Shown here: one piece after another, positions 40,823 through 51,526 of the stretch
Layout: every line of letters begins with the position of its first letter
Numbering within the stretch: the stretch's first letter is position 1
Origin: Candidatus Moanibacter sp.
GTDB taxonomy: Bacteria > Verrucomicrobiota > Verrucomicrobiia > Opitutales > UBA2987
Direction: 5' to 3'
Length of the DNA: 64,000 bases
NCBI GenBank assembly: GCA_965215885.1
Contig: CBDCEW010000078.1
Coordinates: 1 to 64,000, forward strand
Notes under the pieces: generated by a model
Database searches by the model: none
Told to the model about the DNA's origin: nothing
Seen by the model: only the letters and a program-made list of their open reading frames with translations
Translations under genes and position numbers: made by a program

Positions 40823-42003
40823 TGATGCAAAAACAAGAACTCAGAGCTGAACTGAGAAGGATGCTGGGTATTCCTGCCGAGCGATGCGATCTACAACCCG
40901 AATCCCGTGGACAGTTCAATAGAGACGGGATCGAAATCGAGAAATGGATCTGGACAAGTGAGGAAGGATCCAGGGTTCCATCCGTTCTCTACTTACCCAA
41001 GGACCGAAAGGGAATGGTTCCAGCCATTGTCCTCACATTCGGCCATGGAGGCAGCAAAAGCTCCTGGCAGTACATCTATATGGCCCAGACATACGCAAAG
41101 TTGGGAGTAGCCTGCCTTGCCCTGGATCCTATCGGGGAGGAAGAGAGGAATATAAAGGGCGATATGGGCACGCGGGACCACGACCCCAAACCCGTTATCC
41201 AAAGGGCGGACGCGGCGGGTAGGATGATCATGGGTAAACTGGTATTCGACACCATGCGGGGTATCGATTACCTTCTCACCAGACAAGATATTGACCACAA
41301 CCGTATCGGAGTTGGCGGGAACTCCTTAGGAGGCGCCAAAGCGGGCTGGATGCTGGGCCTGGATACGAGGATAAGAGTGGCCCTCGTCTCCGGCTGGGCC
41401 TTCGGTGACCACATGCTGGTATCCGGCAAACTCTGCACAACCGTGCCGAACAAGCGCCTCAGAGAACGCTGCAATTGGCCCGAATACCTCTCTCTCGCCG
41501 CACCCCACTGCGCTGTCCTCATTCTAAACGGGGACGCGGATGTGATCATAGACAGAAACGGAGATGGAACCGCTTGGCGGGAAACCCGCTCTTCGGTAGC
41601 GGGAACGGCCAGAATCTACGAATCCATGGGGGCGGACGGAAAGATTCAATGCTGGTTTGAAAAGGAAGGCGGACACCGCCCCTATCCTGCCTGTAAGGTC
41701 GCATTGGAGTGGATCCACAGGCACATTGGGACGCCAGGTTGGAACCTTGAGGCGATACATTCTCTCCCCACAATCAACTCCGGACAATGGTGCGACGCCA
41801 ATGACGTGGAACTCGAAAGGCTCTATGGAACCGATCTGCATCAAAGGGGAGCGACTCTACCGCACCTTGGCCTTCGCATCATTCCGAGGGAGGATCTGGC
41901 ATGTCTGCGTCCGGATGAGATTGGCGATCCCCAATACACCCTTGAGGGATGGCTTGATACCATAGAGAAGCGGAGCCGCCCCGCGACAGGCTCGGGGCCC
42001 TGA
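40819..42003 (+). CDS. Alpha/beta hydrolase (acetylxylan esterase/dienelactone hydrolase-like)
   Basis: GHGGSK, DPIGEEER and GNSLGG nucleophile elbow; C-terminus and stop lie inside a repeat. Confidence 0.8.
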   Translation: MMMQKQELRAELRRMLGIPAERCDLQPESRGQFNRDGIEIEKWIWTSEEGSRVPSVLYLPKDRKGMVPAIVLTFGHGGSKSSWQYIYMAQTYAKLGVACLALDPIGEEERNIKGDMGTRDHDPKPVIQRADAAGRMIMGKLVFDTMRGIDYLLTRQDIDHNRIGVGGNSLGGAKAGWMLGLDTRIRVALVSGWAFGDHMLVSGKLCTTVPNKRLRERCNWPEYLSLAAPHCAVLILNGDADVIIDRNGDGTAWRETRSSVAGTARIYESMGADGKIQCWFEKEGGHRPYPACKVALEWIHRHIGTPGWNLEAIHSLPTINSGQWCDANDVELERLYGTDLHQRGATLPHLGLRIIPREDLACLRPDEIGDPQYTLEGWLDTIEKRSRPATGSGP

Positions 42004-42281
42004 GGCTCTCGAACGGGCAACTGAACTGGAAGGACCTCACACGGAGAAGAGAATTGAACAGAAGGAAACAGAGAGAATCGGAGAGGAATAAGAGAGGAAA
42101 ACGGTAGGACCCACGGATGGCTCCGCAGTACCACGGATGGAAGAGGAGGTTTCCCGCGGATTCGAGAAAGCCGTATTTAAAAAACTAACTTATGACGGAT
42201 TCCGCGGATGGCAGGAATAGAGAGAGGAATTTGGATTGCAGCAAATGAATCCGCGGAGCGGTCAGTTCTCCACTTCAGAGG

Positions 42282-42341
42282 GATATTAGCCGGCGATGTG
42301 TGTTTTTATCGACTTTGTGGATCGGCTGGGTCTACTAGCCC
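42282..42341 (+). repeat. 60-bp direct repeat, copy 1
   Basis: GATATTAGCCGGCGATGTGTGTTTTTATCGACTTTGTGGATCGGCTGGGTCTACTAGCCC, identical to 43478-43537. Confidence 0.9.
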
Positions 42342-42779
42342 TAAAATAAGCGCGTTTAAAGGTTGAACAGGAAACTTCGTTATTCCTAACGTTATTTGCC
42401 ATGGAGAGCTGTAGATTTTTCGAAAGAATGGTTGGTGAGTCGAAAGCCGCCGGACCCGCCGCAGAAGGAACTACCCCCGCCGGTTGGGCATGAGTAATCC
42501 ATACCACGCCTTCAGGTTCCAGGCCAATGCTGTCATTACCATATAGGCCCAATTGCTCGATCATCCACGGGATTATCGCATTAATAACGTTTCCTGATCG
42601 AGCGTTGAAATTCGAACATCGAGGTCCCTACATTAAACGATCTCCAACACTTCGCACACTGAGTTCTTAATAGTCCCTTGGGCCGGTCCAACTCGTTCTT
42701 GTTTTCAAAATGTTCAGCTATTTCATGCTTTATTCCAGGCCGTTCCTGAACTCCTCGGCCGCCAGATCCCGCTTCGACC

Positions 42780-43480
42780 TCAACCCTCCACCGATCGAAG
42801 TTTTACTGTCAACGAAAAGTCCGTATCTTTTTGCCCTCGCAAGCAGATTTTCCCCGCATGCGCACGCACAAGTTCCACCGCCCGATCAATCCACTTTACG
42901 CATCCCTCATGGCTAGTCTCATTGCCCGGTCGATTCACCATGTAGAGCACTTCCCTGGTATTTGCCAAACTCACGATCAGCGGTGCATAGCCCCAGATCC
43001 CCTTATAGCTTATTCCCATACCCCCTTTGCACTTCCCTCTCGTCTGCGCTATCGTCCCGTCCACATCGATGAACGCCTCCTCCATGATCCTTTTGCCTGC
43101 TTGTTCCACACCCCTTGCCGTATCCGGTTGATCCCTTCCATCAATTTTTCGATCGCGCCTTCATCAAAGCGTCGGGTGAAGTCTCCACTGGTCGTCGGAT
43201 CCGGTATCCTCTGCGCTCCTAAGGCATTCAGAAAAACCTCGTCCTTGCGGCGCAATTCGATGTCTTCGAGCCGGATCCCTCCCAATAATGCGTTGTCGGC
43301 TATGTTGAGCACATGATCACTCTCATGATACGGCAGGTGGCGCTTGAGCAACTGCACGCTCTGGTCGAGCTCTTCCACCAACCCCAGTCTCTTCACCATC
43401 AGGTGAATCGCTCCTATCCCTCCACAACTCACCCCTTTGCCTCGTTCGGCCGTCTCGTAGTGGATGTTGCTCGCTTTGAT
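42780..43480 (-). mobile_element. IS1380-family transposase remnant (truncated, frameshifted)
   Basis: KASNIHYETAER..GGIGAIH..LLKRHLPYHESDHVLNIA..IPDPTTSGDF, then in another frame IDVDGT..GIWGYAPLIVSLANT..VNRPGN; both ends missing. Confidence 0.85.
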
Positions 43481-43537
43481 ATTAGCCGGCGATGTGTGTT
43501 TTTATCGACTTTGTGGATCGGCTGGGTCTACTAGCCC
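43478..43537 (+). repeat. 60-bp direct repeat, copy 2
   Basis: Identical to 42282-42341; its last 7 nt are the left end of the MITE. Confidence 0.9.
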
Positions 43538-43712
43538 GGACATTTCACACACTTCGTAGCGAGACGGTGTAGATCGCTGCCTGTCAATGCCTTTCTGCAG
43601 CACGGCGGGCGACAGAGTGTCGAGACCCTCTGAGGTCGCCGGGCAAAGGAAGGCATTGACAGGCGGTGAGATCCGTCGTCGTAGTAGAAGGCTTGTAAAA
43701 TGCTCGGGCGAG
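43531..43712. mobile_element. 182-bp MITE-like hairpin element, copy 2
   Basis: CTAGCCCGGACATTTCACA..TGTAAAATGCTCGGGCGAG; colinear with 2287-2468. Confidence 0.75.
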
Positions 43713-43736
43713 CTGGCTGATAAGTAATAAGGAAAT

Positions 43737-45299
43737 ATGACAGAACGAAAGACGGATGAAAGTACCGCTCTCGCCTCGGAGTCCGGCGGAAACAGAGTGC
43801 CGCTGAACATCGTCTGGATCATTGCTGACGACCTCGGTTACGGCGACCTGAATTGCTATACTCCGTACTATGTCGTCGGGGAAGCTCGGCGAACCCTGGC
43901 CAAGACGCCGAACATCGATGCCCTGGCCCGGCGAGGTATGCTGTTTACGGACTGCTACGCGGGCCAGTCCATGTGCGCCCCGTCGCGTGCGTGCGCGCTT
44001 ACGGGCCAGCACGTCGGCCACAACAACTGCCGGGAAATCTGGGCGAGCAAGCACGGCGTGCGCATCGGGTTGAAACGGGGGACGCCAACCTTCGCGAACA
44101 TGCTCAAGGAAGCAGGATATAAAACCGGTTACTTTGGGAAATGGCATGCCCTCGCCCAGACCCGGGGGATGCATGGGAACGACAAGGAGATCATGCCGCA
44201 TTTCGGCTGGGAAGAATGGTTGTTGCACGCGTCAGACGACCGCGGCACCAACCATTGGCCGTCCCATGTCCTATTGAATGGAGAGCGAATCGCATTAAAT
44301 GAGAACCAGTTCGCCCACTACTCGCGCGAAAGAAACTGGCGCGACGGACGTCCAAAGGTGGTAAAACACGGCCGCTTTTTCGGCGACGTGGTTACCGAGC
44401 ACGCATGCGGGTTTTTCAAACGTAACCGTGGAGAGCCTTTCGTGGCCCATCTTGGGTTCTCCGCCCCACACACTCAGTTCGAGGCGCCCGATCGCGACGA
44501 GCTCGCTGAAGAACGGGGCTGGGATCCCGAAACCGCGGGATATGTGTGGATGGTCGAGCAATTCGACAGAGATGTCGGGACGATCCTCGACTGCTTGCGG
44601 CAACTTGATCTGGAAAAGAACACTGTGGTCTTCGTCACTTCGGATCACGGCGGCATCAACTACGGCAAATGGAACGATTCCGATTTCCGCGGACTGACTC
44701 GCGAGCAGCCGATTAACGGCGGCCTCTATCGGGGCAAGTCCTTTCTTTACGAGGGTGGCATCCGCGTACCCATGATTGTCTCCTGTCCGGGAACCATCCC
44801 GGAAAGAGCGGTTTCCCGGGAACCGTGGTATTTCGCCGACGCCATGGCGACGTTCGCCGATATCGCCGGAGCCGTACCGTTCCTTCCGGAGAATCTCGAC
44901 AGCCGCAGCGTGTGGCCCGTGCTACGCGGCGAGCGCGAGCATCTCGATGTCCGCCCGCTCTATTGGGAGAGTTACAACCAATGCTCCGGGGGCTTTCTCC
45001 AAGTCGTTCGCAAGGGATCGTGGAAGCTGATGAGGTTCAGTTCCCTGGTGCGCCGCCACCCCTCCAATCCCGAACTGCCCAAAACGTCGCCCCCTGCCTA
45101 CCTTGAGCTCTACAACCTCGAGGAGGACAAGGGCGAGCGAATTAATGGTGCCGAAGACCATGCCGAGATCTGCCGGGAGCTGACCGGGATCATGAACGAG
45201 ACCCACACCCCGCATCCGGATTTTCCGCTGAGCGAAACCGAGCAGAGAGTGTTCGAAATCCGGACCTGGGACGATATTGCCGGCGTATTTTCAAATTGA
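43737..45299 (+). CDS. Arylsulfatase (formylglycine-dependent, family S1)
   Basis: IIADDLGYGDL, CAPSR, GYKTGYFGKWH, TSDHG and YEGGIRVP. Confidence 0.92.
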   Translation: MTERKTDESTALASESGGNRVPLNIVWIIADDLGYGDLNCYTPYYVVGEARRTLAKTPNIDALARRGMLFTDCYAGQSMCAPSRACALTGQHVGHNNCREIWASKHGVRIGLKRGTPTFANMLKEAGYKTGYFGKWHALAQTRGMHGNDKEIMPHFGWEEWLLHASDDRGTNHWPSHVLLNGERIALNENQFAHYSRERNWRDGRPKVVKHGRFFGDVVTEHACGFFKRNRGEPFVAHLGFSAPHTQFEAPDRDELAEERGWDPETAGYVWMVEQFDRDVGTILDCLRQLDLEKNTVVFVTSDHGGINYGKWNDSDFRGLTREQPINGGLYRGKSFLYEGGIRVPMIVSCPGTIPERAVSREPWYFADAMATFADIAGAVPFLPENLDSRSVWPVLRGEREHLDVRPLYWESYNQCSGGFLQVVRKGSWKLMRFSSLVRRHPSNPELPKTSPPAYLELYNLEEDKGERINGAEDHAEICRELTGIMNETHTPHPDFPLSETEQRVFEIRTWDDIAGVFSN

Positions 45300-45312
45300 A
45301 TCGGAGCGAGAC

Positions 45313-45415
45313 GATCGCGGGATAAACCCTCCTACAATTGGAATGTCTAATCGAACACCCGCCAGGGATGTAGGCCTTCGACCGGCTCAGGCCAGGGAGG
45401 GTTGATCCCGCGATC
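45313..45415. repeat. GTAG REP doublet with an insertion in the right REP
   Basis: The right arm reads GTAGG|CCTTCGACCGGCTCAGGCCA|GGGAGGGTTGATCCCGCGATC. Confidence 0.8.
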
Positions 45416-45529
45416 GAACTTTTCTGACGTGCTTGCCCTTCCGAGTCCCTTCTGCCACGCTCATTCGCAGGAAGGCGCCCATTTCCATTTCGAAGCCGAT
45501 TGAGACTACGGGGTAAAGCAACCTGTTTT

Positions 45530-48208
45530 ATGAAACGCATCAAGATTAATATCCTGCACGACAATAACGTTTCGGCACAAGGCTGTATCCTCACGAGAGG
45601 CATTCCCTTCGCCGACGGCGATTTGGAGCGCGGAGAGCAAGTAAGGGTCGTCGACGGAAACGGCAGTGAGCTGGATAGTCAATCCAGCTGCCTTGCAACC
45701 TGGGCAAAGGATGGGAAGTTTGTGAAGTGGCTGCTTGTTGATTTCCGGGTTGATCTGGAACCGGCCCAAAACAAAACCGTTTTTGTGGAATATGAGGATG
45801 TAAAATCGAAAGCTATCGAAAATCCGGTTAGGGCTAACGATCTCATCATAAACACCGGCGTTATCAAAGCGAAATTCCGGAACGACACGAATTTCATGCC
45901 CTGGCTTAAGGTGAAGACACAAGAAGGCTGGCAGGATATATTTCGTGGCAGGCCTGGAATCCATTTGTATTTCAAAGATAACTACGGAACCGAATATACC
46001 AGCGACATCAGGCCTTCGTCCGTTACGATCGAAGAAGCGGGCCCTCTGCGTACGGTCGTCCGGGTAGACGGCGAGCACGCCACTCCCGACGGCAGGACGT
46101 TATGCCCCTATACCTTAAGGTTCCATTTTTACGCCAACGGCGGTGAGATTAGGCTCTTGCATAATTTCGTCTTTAACGGTGACCCGGAACTCCTCAAGGT
46201 TGCTGATATGTCCGTCAAGATCGGGCTTGATCTCGACGGTATCAACCTGTGCGAATTCGGTGGCGGCAACAGTTGCAGATTTTTTCAAGAAGCGGTTTTT
46301 TTGCAGGAAACCGATAAAAAGTACCGATTCCTTGTAGACGGTAAGAATCCCCGCACGGGCGACAAGACTCACGGTTATGTGAATATAACCGGAGGCGCTT
46401 CCTCTTTCGGCGCGGTTATAAGGAATATGTGGCAGGATTACGCGAAAGCATTCAAAGTTACACCGGAAGGCGCTGAGATAAAGATATGGCCCGAAGAATG
46501 CGGGAAACTCCTTGATTTCGATATTCCAAACAAAATCTATCCGCCCGATATAAAAACTCATTGGGCTGAGTTGGGCAAAATATTGGACGATCGTGACGAA
46601 GGAGCTTTCGTTCAATACTTAAAGAGTTATCCCCAGGAGCCGCTCTGTCTGAAACGCTGGAGATGGACCTCAAAGGAAGAACTGCTTTGGACCTTTGACA
46701 TACTGGAAAGGCACGCCTCCGACAGATTTGTAAGCTTTAACGACCTTCATGCCGATGGGAATGGCCATGGCGCCTCGAAAACCACGGAGATTCTCCTGAA
46801 GGTCAGTAAGGATCCCCTCCACTGTATGGACGATAGAGCCTCGTTGCTACAGGACCCTCCAGTACCCATCACCGATGGATTGTACACCGCTTCGACCAAG
46901 GCTATACGTTCAACGGGAACATCCGCTTTTGAAGATAAGACGGATGATGTGAAAAAAATAGAAAAGGAGCTTTACGAATATTTCTACCGGTTGGTTATCG
47001 AACCGCGGGTCAGACTGCAAAACTACGGCATGCTCGTATACGGTGATCTGATGTGCTGTCACTCGCAGATACCCGCAGATACCTGGCTACAGTTTAAAGA
47101 CGATCAGGATTACGATATAAGAGAAATCATGCGTTTCTGCTCGAAATGCTACAACAACGAAGCGAACGACCAGTTGTACTCAATCTGGGGATTCGCTCTG
47201 CACTTCGGCGAGAAAGAGCAGTACCTGAACAGCGAACTTTTTGGAATCAACCTGGCCGATTTGGGTATTATCCATGCAGGCAAGGACCAAGGGCTTGTTC
47301 ATTACCACGGCGACCACAAATTCAGCGCCCACGGCGCTATCTGCCATACCACCATGCCGGGGCTGCGCCTCCAGTATTACCTAACGGGAAACCGCCGCCT
47401 GTTCGACGTCATCGAAGAGAACAAGGATCATATCATGGGCAGGGTAAATCGCGCGGGCTTGATCGCCATGAAGGGCGGATTGATCCGTCAGTTGACGACA
47501 CCGCTCTCGAACCTCTTGAGTTATTACGAGATGACCTGGGATGAAATAGCAGGCGAAGTTGCCCGGCGCACATTCAAGTGGCTCTGTCTGTCGATCCATA
47601 AGAATTGCATGATCCCTATTACGATACACAACGGCGGACGGTATGGTGATGATGCCTGGATCAGCACCGCATACGAAGATGCGCCCCATTTTTTTCAGCC
47701 GGGGGGACTTGTCCCGGAGCTTGGTCGTGATGCGGTAACGCTATTTGGCGACAGGGAACCTGTATTTCGGAATTTCCTCATCGGTCTGGTGGAGGAATTT
47801 ATGCAGGTCCGCCGGAAGTCGTTCTCAACATTCTCTTTTGAGGTCGGTGAGAATCGAGTCAAGATGCCGTCTCCCGGAGGCAGCGGAGAGCAATTATTTG
47901 CCTATGCCTATGAAATCACCGAAGAAATCCGTTACGCGGCGTATTCTCTCTTAATCCTCCGCAAGCTGTTCAGACCTTTCCCGGAACATTTCCAGTTCTT
48001 CCTGATAAGTTTTGGCGGATGGGTCCCCAAACTCATTCACGCCGTCAACTGTGCCAGCGAAAAGTACGGTAAAGACAAGCTCCTCAAGACGCTTGAAGAC
48101 CTCGTCGAGGAGATAAACCGTCAGGGCCGGGATCAGGTGACGGATACAATCGACCGAGACGCACAGCGCCTGAGACATCTGGGACGGATTACCGGGTATG
48201 ATGAGTGA
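45530..48208 (+). CDS. Exo-rhamnogalacturonan lyase (PL26/PcRGLX)-like protein
   Basis: TRGIPFADG..LATW..DG..KWLLVDF, IEEAGPLRTVV, YGMLVYGD and YYLTGN; start taken at MKRIKIN. Confidence 0.65.
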   Translation: MKRIKINILHDNNVSAQGCILTRGIPFADGDLERGEQVRVVDGNGSELDSQSSCLATWAKDGKFVKWLLVDFRVDLEPAQNKTVFVEYEDVKSKAIENPVRANDLIINTGVIKAKFRNDTNFMPWLKVKTQEGWQDIFRGRPGIHLYFKDNYGTEYTSDIRPSSVTIEEAGPLRTVVRVDGEHATPDGRTLCPYTLRFHFYANGGEIRLLHNFVFNGDPELLKVADMSVKIGLDLDGINLCEFGGGNSCRFFQEAVFLQETDKKYRFLVDGKNPRTGDKTHGYVNITGGASSFGAVIRNMWQDYAKAFKVTPEGAEIKIWPEECGKLLDFDIPNKIYPPDIKTHWAELGKILDDRDEGAFVQYLKSYPQEPLCLKRWRWTSKEELLWTFDILERHASDRFVSFNDLHADGNGHGASKTTEILLKVSKDPLHCMDDRASLLQDPPVPITDGLYTASTKAIRSTGTSAFEDKTDDVKKIEKELYEYFYRLVIEPRVRLQNYGMLVYGDLMCCHSQIPADTWLQFKDDQDYDIREIMRFCSKCYNNEANDQLYSIWGFALHFGEKEQYLNSELFGINLADLGIIHAGKDQGLVHYHGDHKFSAHGAICHTTMPGLRLQYYLTGNRRLFDVIEENKDHIMGRVNRAGLIAMKGGLIRQLTTPLSNLLSYYEMTWDEIAGEVARRTFKWLCLSIHKNCMIPITIHNGGRYGDDAWISTAYEDAPHFFQPGGLVPELGRDAVTLFGDREPVFRNFLIGLVEEFMQVRRKSFSTFSFEVGENRVKMPSPGGSGEQLFAYAYEITEEIRYAAYSLLILRKLFRPFPEHFQFFLISFGGWVPKLIHAVNCASEKYGKDKLLKTLEDLVEEINRQGRDQVTDTIDRDAQRLRHLGRITGYDE

Positions 48209-48314
48209 ATGCATGAGTGGGAAATGCTCAAAGGAGCAGATATCGAGTCCATTCGGTGCTTGTAGTCTGTCCCGTCCGGGAAAAGGCTTCTCGGAGTGTT
48301 TCTGAGACCTTGAG

Positions 48315-49955
48315 ATGAATCGGCACTTCGTCATCCGGCGGGACGACTCGATGTACGAGGAATTCCCCGAGCTGTGCCTGCTGCCGTCGGGCAGGGTGTT
48401 GTGCGTCTACAAGGTGGGTCCCAAGCACGGGCCGGGCGGACTCGTGATCCTGATGGAAAGCGACGACCGCGGGCGCACCTGGAAGACCGTTCGCGAGATT
48501 CGTCTTGAGTGCAACATGCCCCGGTTGCAGCGGCTCAGCGACGGGCGGATGTGGCTGGATTCCGACAGCGGCGGAAAGGTGTTGATCGGCGAGGACGACG
48601 GCCGTAGGTGGAAAGAGCACAACGTCGGCTTCGGCGGCCACGGGCACGATAAGATCATCGAGCTGGCGAACGGGTCCTGGATCAACACCACGTGCGAGCC
48701 GACCAACCGCGGGTGGCATTTTCGCGGCCCACCTTACCGCATCGTGCTGTATCGCAGCACCGACCAGGGTCAAACCTGGACACGTGACGCAATCGTGGCC
48801 GACGTGCCGGGGTTTCACCTCTCCGAGGCGACCACGGTGCTGCTGGCGGACGGGAAGCTGGTGTCTTACATCCGCGAGAGTTCAGGCCTGGCCCATGGGT
48901 GCGTACGGGCGGTCAGCGCGGACAACGGGCGGACGTGGGAGGTGGACCGCGCGCCGTTCAACTTCGCCATGCCGCGGGGTGGGCTGTTGAAGGACGGGCG
49001 AGTGCTGGTGGGCGGGCGGAACTTCGCCGCCAACATGTCGCTGTATGCCTGGTGCGACCGGCCGCTGGCGGCCGACGGATTCAAGGTCCAAAGCCTGTGG
49101 GCGCCGGACGACTCCGCCGAGATGACCGACGAGGGCCTGCGCATCCGCTGCACCGACGCCGAACCCACCGGCGCCGCCGCAAGCAGGACGATGACAGCGC
49201 GGAAGGTGGATAGCAAGTTCGGGCCGGACTGGGAAGGCCTGACCACCTCGGGTATCGAGCCGCCGGCCTACATCCTGCCCGCCCCACGGCGCCGCGACAG
49301 CAAGGTCACCATCGACGCCCGCCTGCGTGTGCTGAGTAACAAAAACGGCTTGGCCTGCGTCATCAGCATCACCGAGGCCGAGGAAGTGCTCTTCCGGACG
49401 GACCGGGTGGAAGTGTTCGGCCAACCGGACCATGCCTTCAAGCTGGACGGCACGAAGTTCCACGACTATCGCGTGGTGCGGGACGCGGACTCGCTGACGG
49501 TGTTGGTGGACGGCAGGGAGCGGATTCGCACGACGAAGCTGGGCCGCTCGCGAGGCGTGGGATACGGCGGGGACACGACCCACTTCGGCACGAGTTACCG
49601 GGCCTTCCGCCACCCGTTCGGGTCGCAGGATCACTTCCGCCGCCGGAAGGTGGTGGGCGCGGGCGAGAGCGTGTGGCAGCGGGTGAAGATCTCCGTCGAG
49701 AATCCCAACACCTGCGGCGACACCTGGAGCTGGGACGCGGCCGATGGAGCTTACCCCGACCAGTACCAACGCGACCGGATGGTGGAGGTGAAATTCCAGC
49801 CGCTACCCAACGGGCAGGGCGGCCCGAGCTGGGTGCAGTTCCCCGACGGCGAGATCCTGGTAGTGCACAACGGCGCTATGGCCGAGGAGGCGCCCCGGCC
49901 CTTCCTCATGGGCTGCACCCTCAAACCGTCCATCTTCGGCGCACCCGCGGGTTAA
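48315..49955 (+). CDS. BNR/Asp-box sialidase-like protein
   Basis: SDDRGRTW, STDQGQTW and SADNGRTW; high GC. Confidence 0.8.
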   Translation: MNRHFVIRRDDSMYEEFPELCLLPSGRVLCVYKVGPKHGPGGLVILMESDDRGRTWKTVREIRLECNMPRLQRLSDGRMWLDSDSGGKVLIGEDDGRRWKEHNVGFGGHGHDKIIELANGSWINTTCEPTNRGWHFRGPPYRIVLYRSTDQGQTWTRDAIVADVPGFHLSEATTVLLADGKLVSYIRESSGLAHGCVRAVSADNGRTWEVDRAPFNFAMPRGGLLKDGRVLVGGRNFAANMSLYAWCDRPLAADGFKVQSLWAPDDSAEMTDEGLRIRCTDAEPTGAAASRTMTARKVDSKFGPDWEGLTTSGIEPPAYILPAPRRRDSKVTIDARLRVLSNKNGLACVISITEAEEVLFRTDRVEVFGQPDHAFKLDGTKFHDYRVVRDADSLTVLVDGRERIRTTKLGRSRGVGYGGDTTHFGTSYRAFRHPFGSQDHFRRRKVVGAGESVWQRVKISVENPNTCGDTWSWDAADGAYPDQYQRDRMVEVKFQPLPNGQGGPSWVQFPDGEILVVHNGAMAEEAPRPFLMGCTLKPSIFGAPAG

Positions 49956-50058
49956 CGCAGGTTCGTCAGGTTTGAGAACAAGGGTTAGCAGTGATGCGGA
50001 TTGGCGGTCAACCGCTCGCACCCCGCCTGCGCGCGGGACCGGCTCAGCATCGCCCTCG

Positions 50059-51519
50059 CTACCGGGACTGGTAGTCAGGCGTAACCCCGTACCTGCGGCC
50101 GTTCCGCATATCGTGGAGCCGCACCAACGCGTGCGCGATTCTCGCCGGGTCCATCTGTGTGTCGTACCAGTAGATCCCGGAGGCGGCAACGAGCCAGTCG
50201 TTGAAGAACATCTGCTCGGCGATCGCCGTTTCCAGCCGGACCGCCAATTCCTCTGCGCGTGCGCCGTCGGCCGATGCTTCGGCCTGGTCCCACACTTCGA
50301 GCGCCAGGTTGAGCGCCAAACCGAAGTCCTTGGCCGGAACCGAGCCGCAATAGTCGTGCCGGCGCGAAGGATTCGGCGTCGGCGGCGGGCCCTGCTCGCT
50401 CAGTGCGTCTATGACGCGGACCGAAAAGGACAGCAGCCCCTCTCGTCCGGTGTATCGGTACAGTCCCATCAGCATCACAGCGAACTCGGTGAGCGACTGC
50501 ACGCCGTAGGACGTGTACCAGAGCGGGAGGATGCGCTGCTCGTCGACCCCTTGCCCCGTTTCGAAGTCGTAGTGGCAGTAAGTTCGGTGCGGATCGCTTG
50601 CCGCCAGCACGCCGAGGGCGGAGTCCACCACATCCTCACCAAATCGCTTCCATGAAGATGCTCGAACACTGTCGAGGGCCTGGTCACTATCGAGCGCTTC
50701 CAGGACTTCGTAGACCGCCAGCGCAAGGCTCACAGACTGCGGCAGCGTCGCCACCATCTGCCCGCCCCAGGATTCGCTTAGCCCGTCCATCTTGATGAGG
50801 CCGTTCACGGTCGATCGATTGCCGGCGTGGAACTGTACCATCCGATCCATCCAATCGAAAAACTTGCCTTCGCCGCTGTACTTGTGCGCCATTGCCCAAT
50901 CGACGAGGTAGAAACCTCCGTGACGCGGGAAGTGAAAAAGCCCGTCCGAGTGCTTCTTCTCTTCGATCGAGGCGTGCCGCGAGTAATCGAAGCTCTCCAT
51001 GTCTTTGAGGTGACCGGTGAGTCCCTCGCCGAAGCGAACGACAATTCCGGGATCGCGGTTTCCGACCATCCGCCAGAACCATACGGGCGCCTGTCTGAGA
51101 TGGTCGTGGACGAGCCGCCGCTCCACGAGCGAATCGCCGCACGCAACCGGCTTGTCGTAGTAGTGGTGCCAATAAGCGTGCTCTCCCCAGGGGAAGAGCC
51201 CGGTCACCGGATTGGGGCAGTGCTCGCAGAAATAGTCCAGATACGCGTCGACGGCGGATCTGTAGGAGTCCTCGCCGGTGATGTCGGACAGAAAGGTGAA
51301 CGCCCTGATCAACGGAATGTCGTGCATCAAATTGGTTCCGAACCAGCATCGGTCTCCCACCCGCTGGCCGGGCAGATCGGGCGTGCGCGTGAAAGGTGCA
51401 CCGTCCTCGCGCCCGTTGATGACGGTGGCGAACATCGGCGAATGCTGCTCCCCGTACCGATCGGTACCGAAACGAACCATCTTGTCTGCGAATTGCTTGA
51501 GCCGTTCCAAAGAGTTCAT
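50059..51519 (-). CDS. Hypothetical protein (probable alpha/alpha toroid, lyase/hydrolase-like)
   Basis: 486-aa ORF within a minus-strand operon; GTDRYG, TGLFPWGEH and FPRHGGFY motifs. Confidence 0.65.
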   Translation of the reverse strand: MNSLERLKQFADKMVRFGTDRYGEQHSPMFATVINGREDGAPFTRTPDLPGQRVGDRCWFGTNLMHDIPLIRAFTFLSDITGEDSYRSAVDAYLDYFCEHCPNPVTGLFPWGEHAYWHHYYDKPVACGDSLVERRLVHDHLRQAPVWFWRMVGNRDPGIVVRFGEGLTGHLKDMESFDYSRHASIEEKKHSDGLFHFPRHGGFYLVDWAMAHKYSGEGKFFDWMDRMVQFHAGNRSTVNGLIKMDGLSESWGGQMVATLPQSVSLALAVYEVLEALDSDQALDSVRASSWKRFGEDVVDSALGVLAASDPHRTYCHYDFETGQGVDEQRILPLWYTSYGVQSLTEFAVMLMGLYRYTGREGLLSFSVRVIDALSEQGPPPTPNPSRRHDYCGSVPAKDFGLALNLALEVWDQAEASADGARAEELAVRLETAIAEQMFFNDWLVAASGIYWYDTQMDPARIAHALVRLHDMRNGRRYGVTPDYQSR

Positions 51520-51526
51520 GTTCCGA

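Noticed and set aside
42286..42564. 92-aa ORF as a real gene
   Set aside because: Runs into the 60-bp repeat and has no recognisable motif; possibly a gene fragment.
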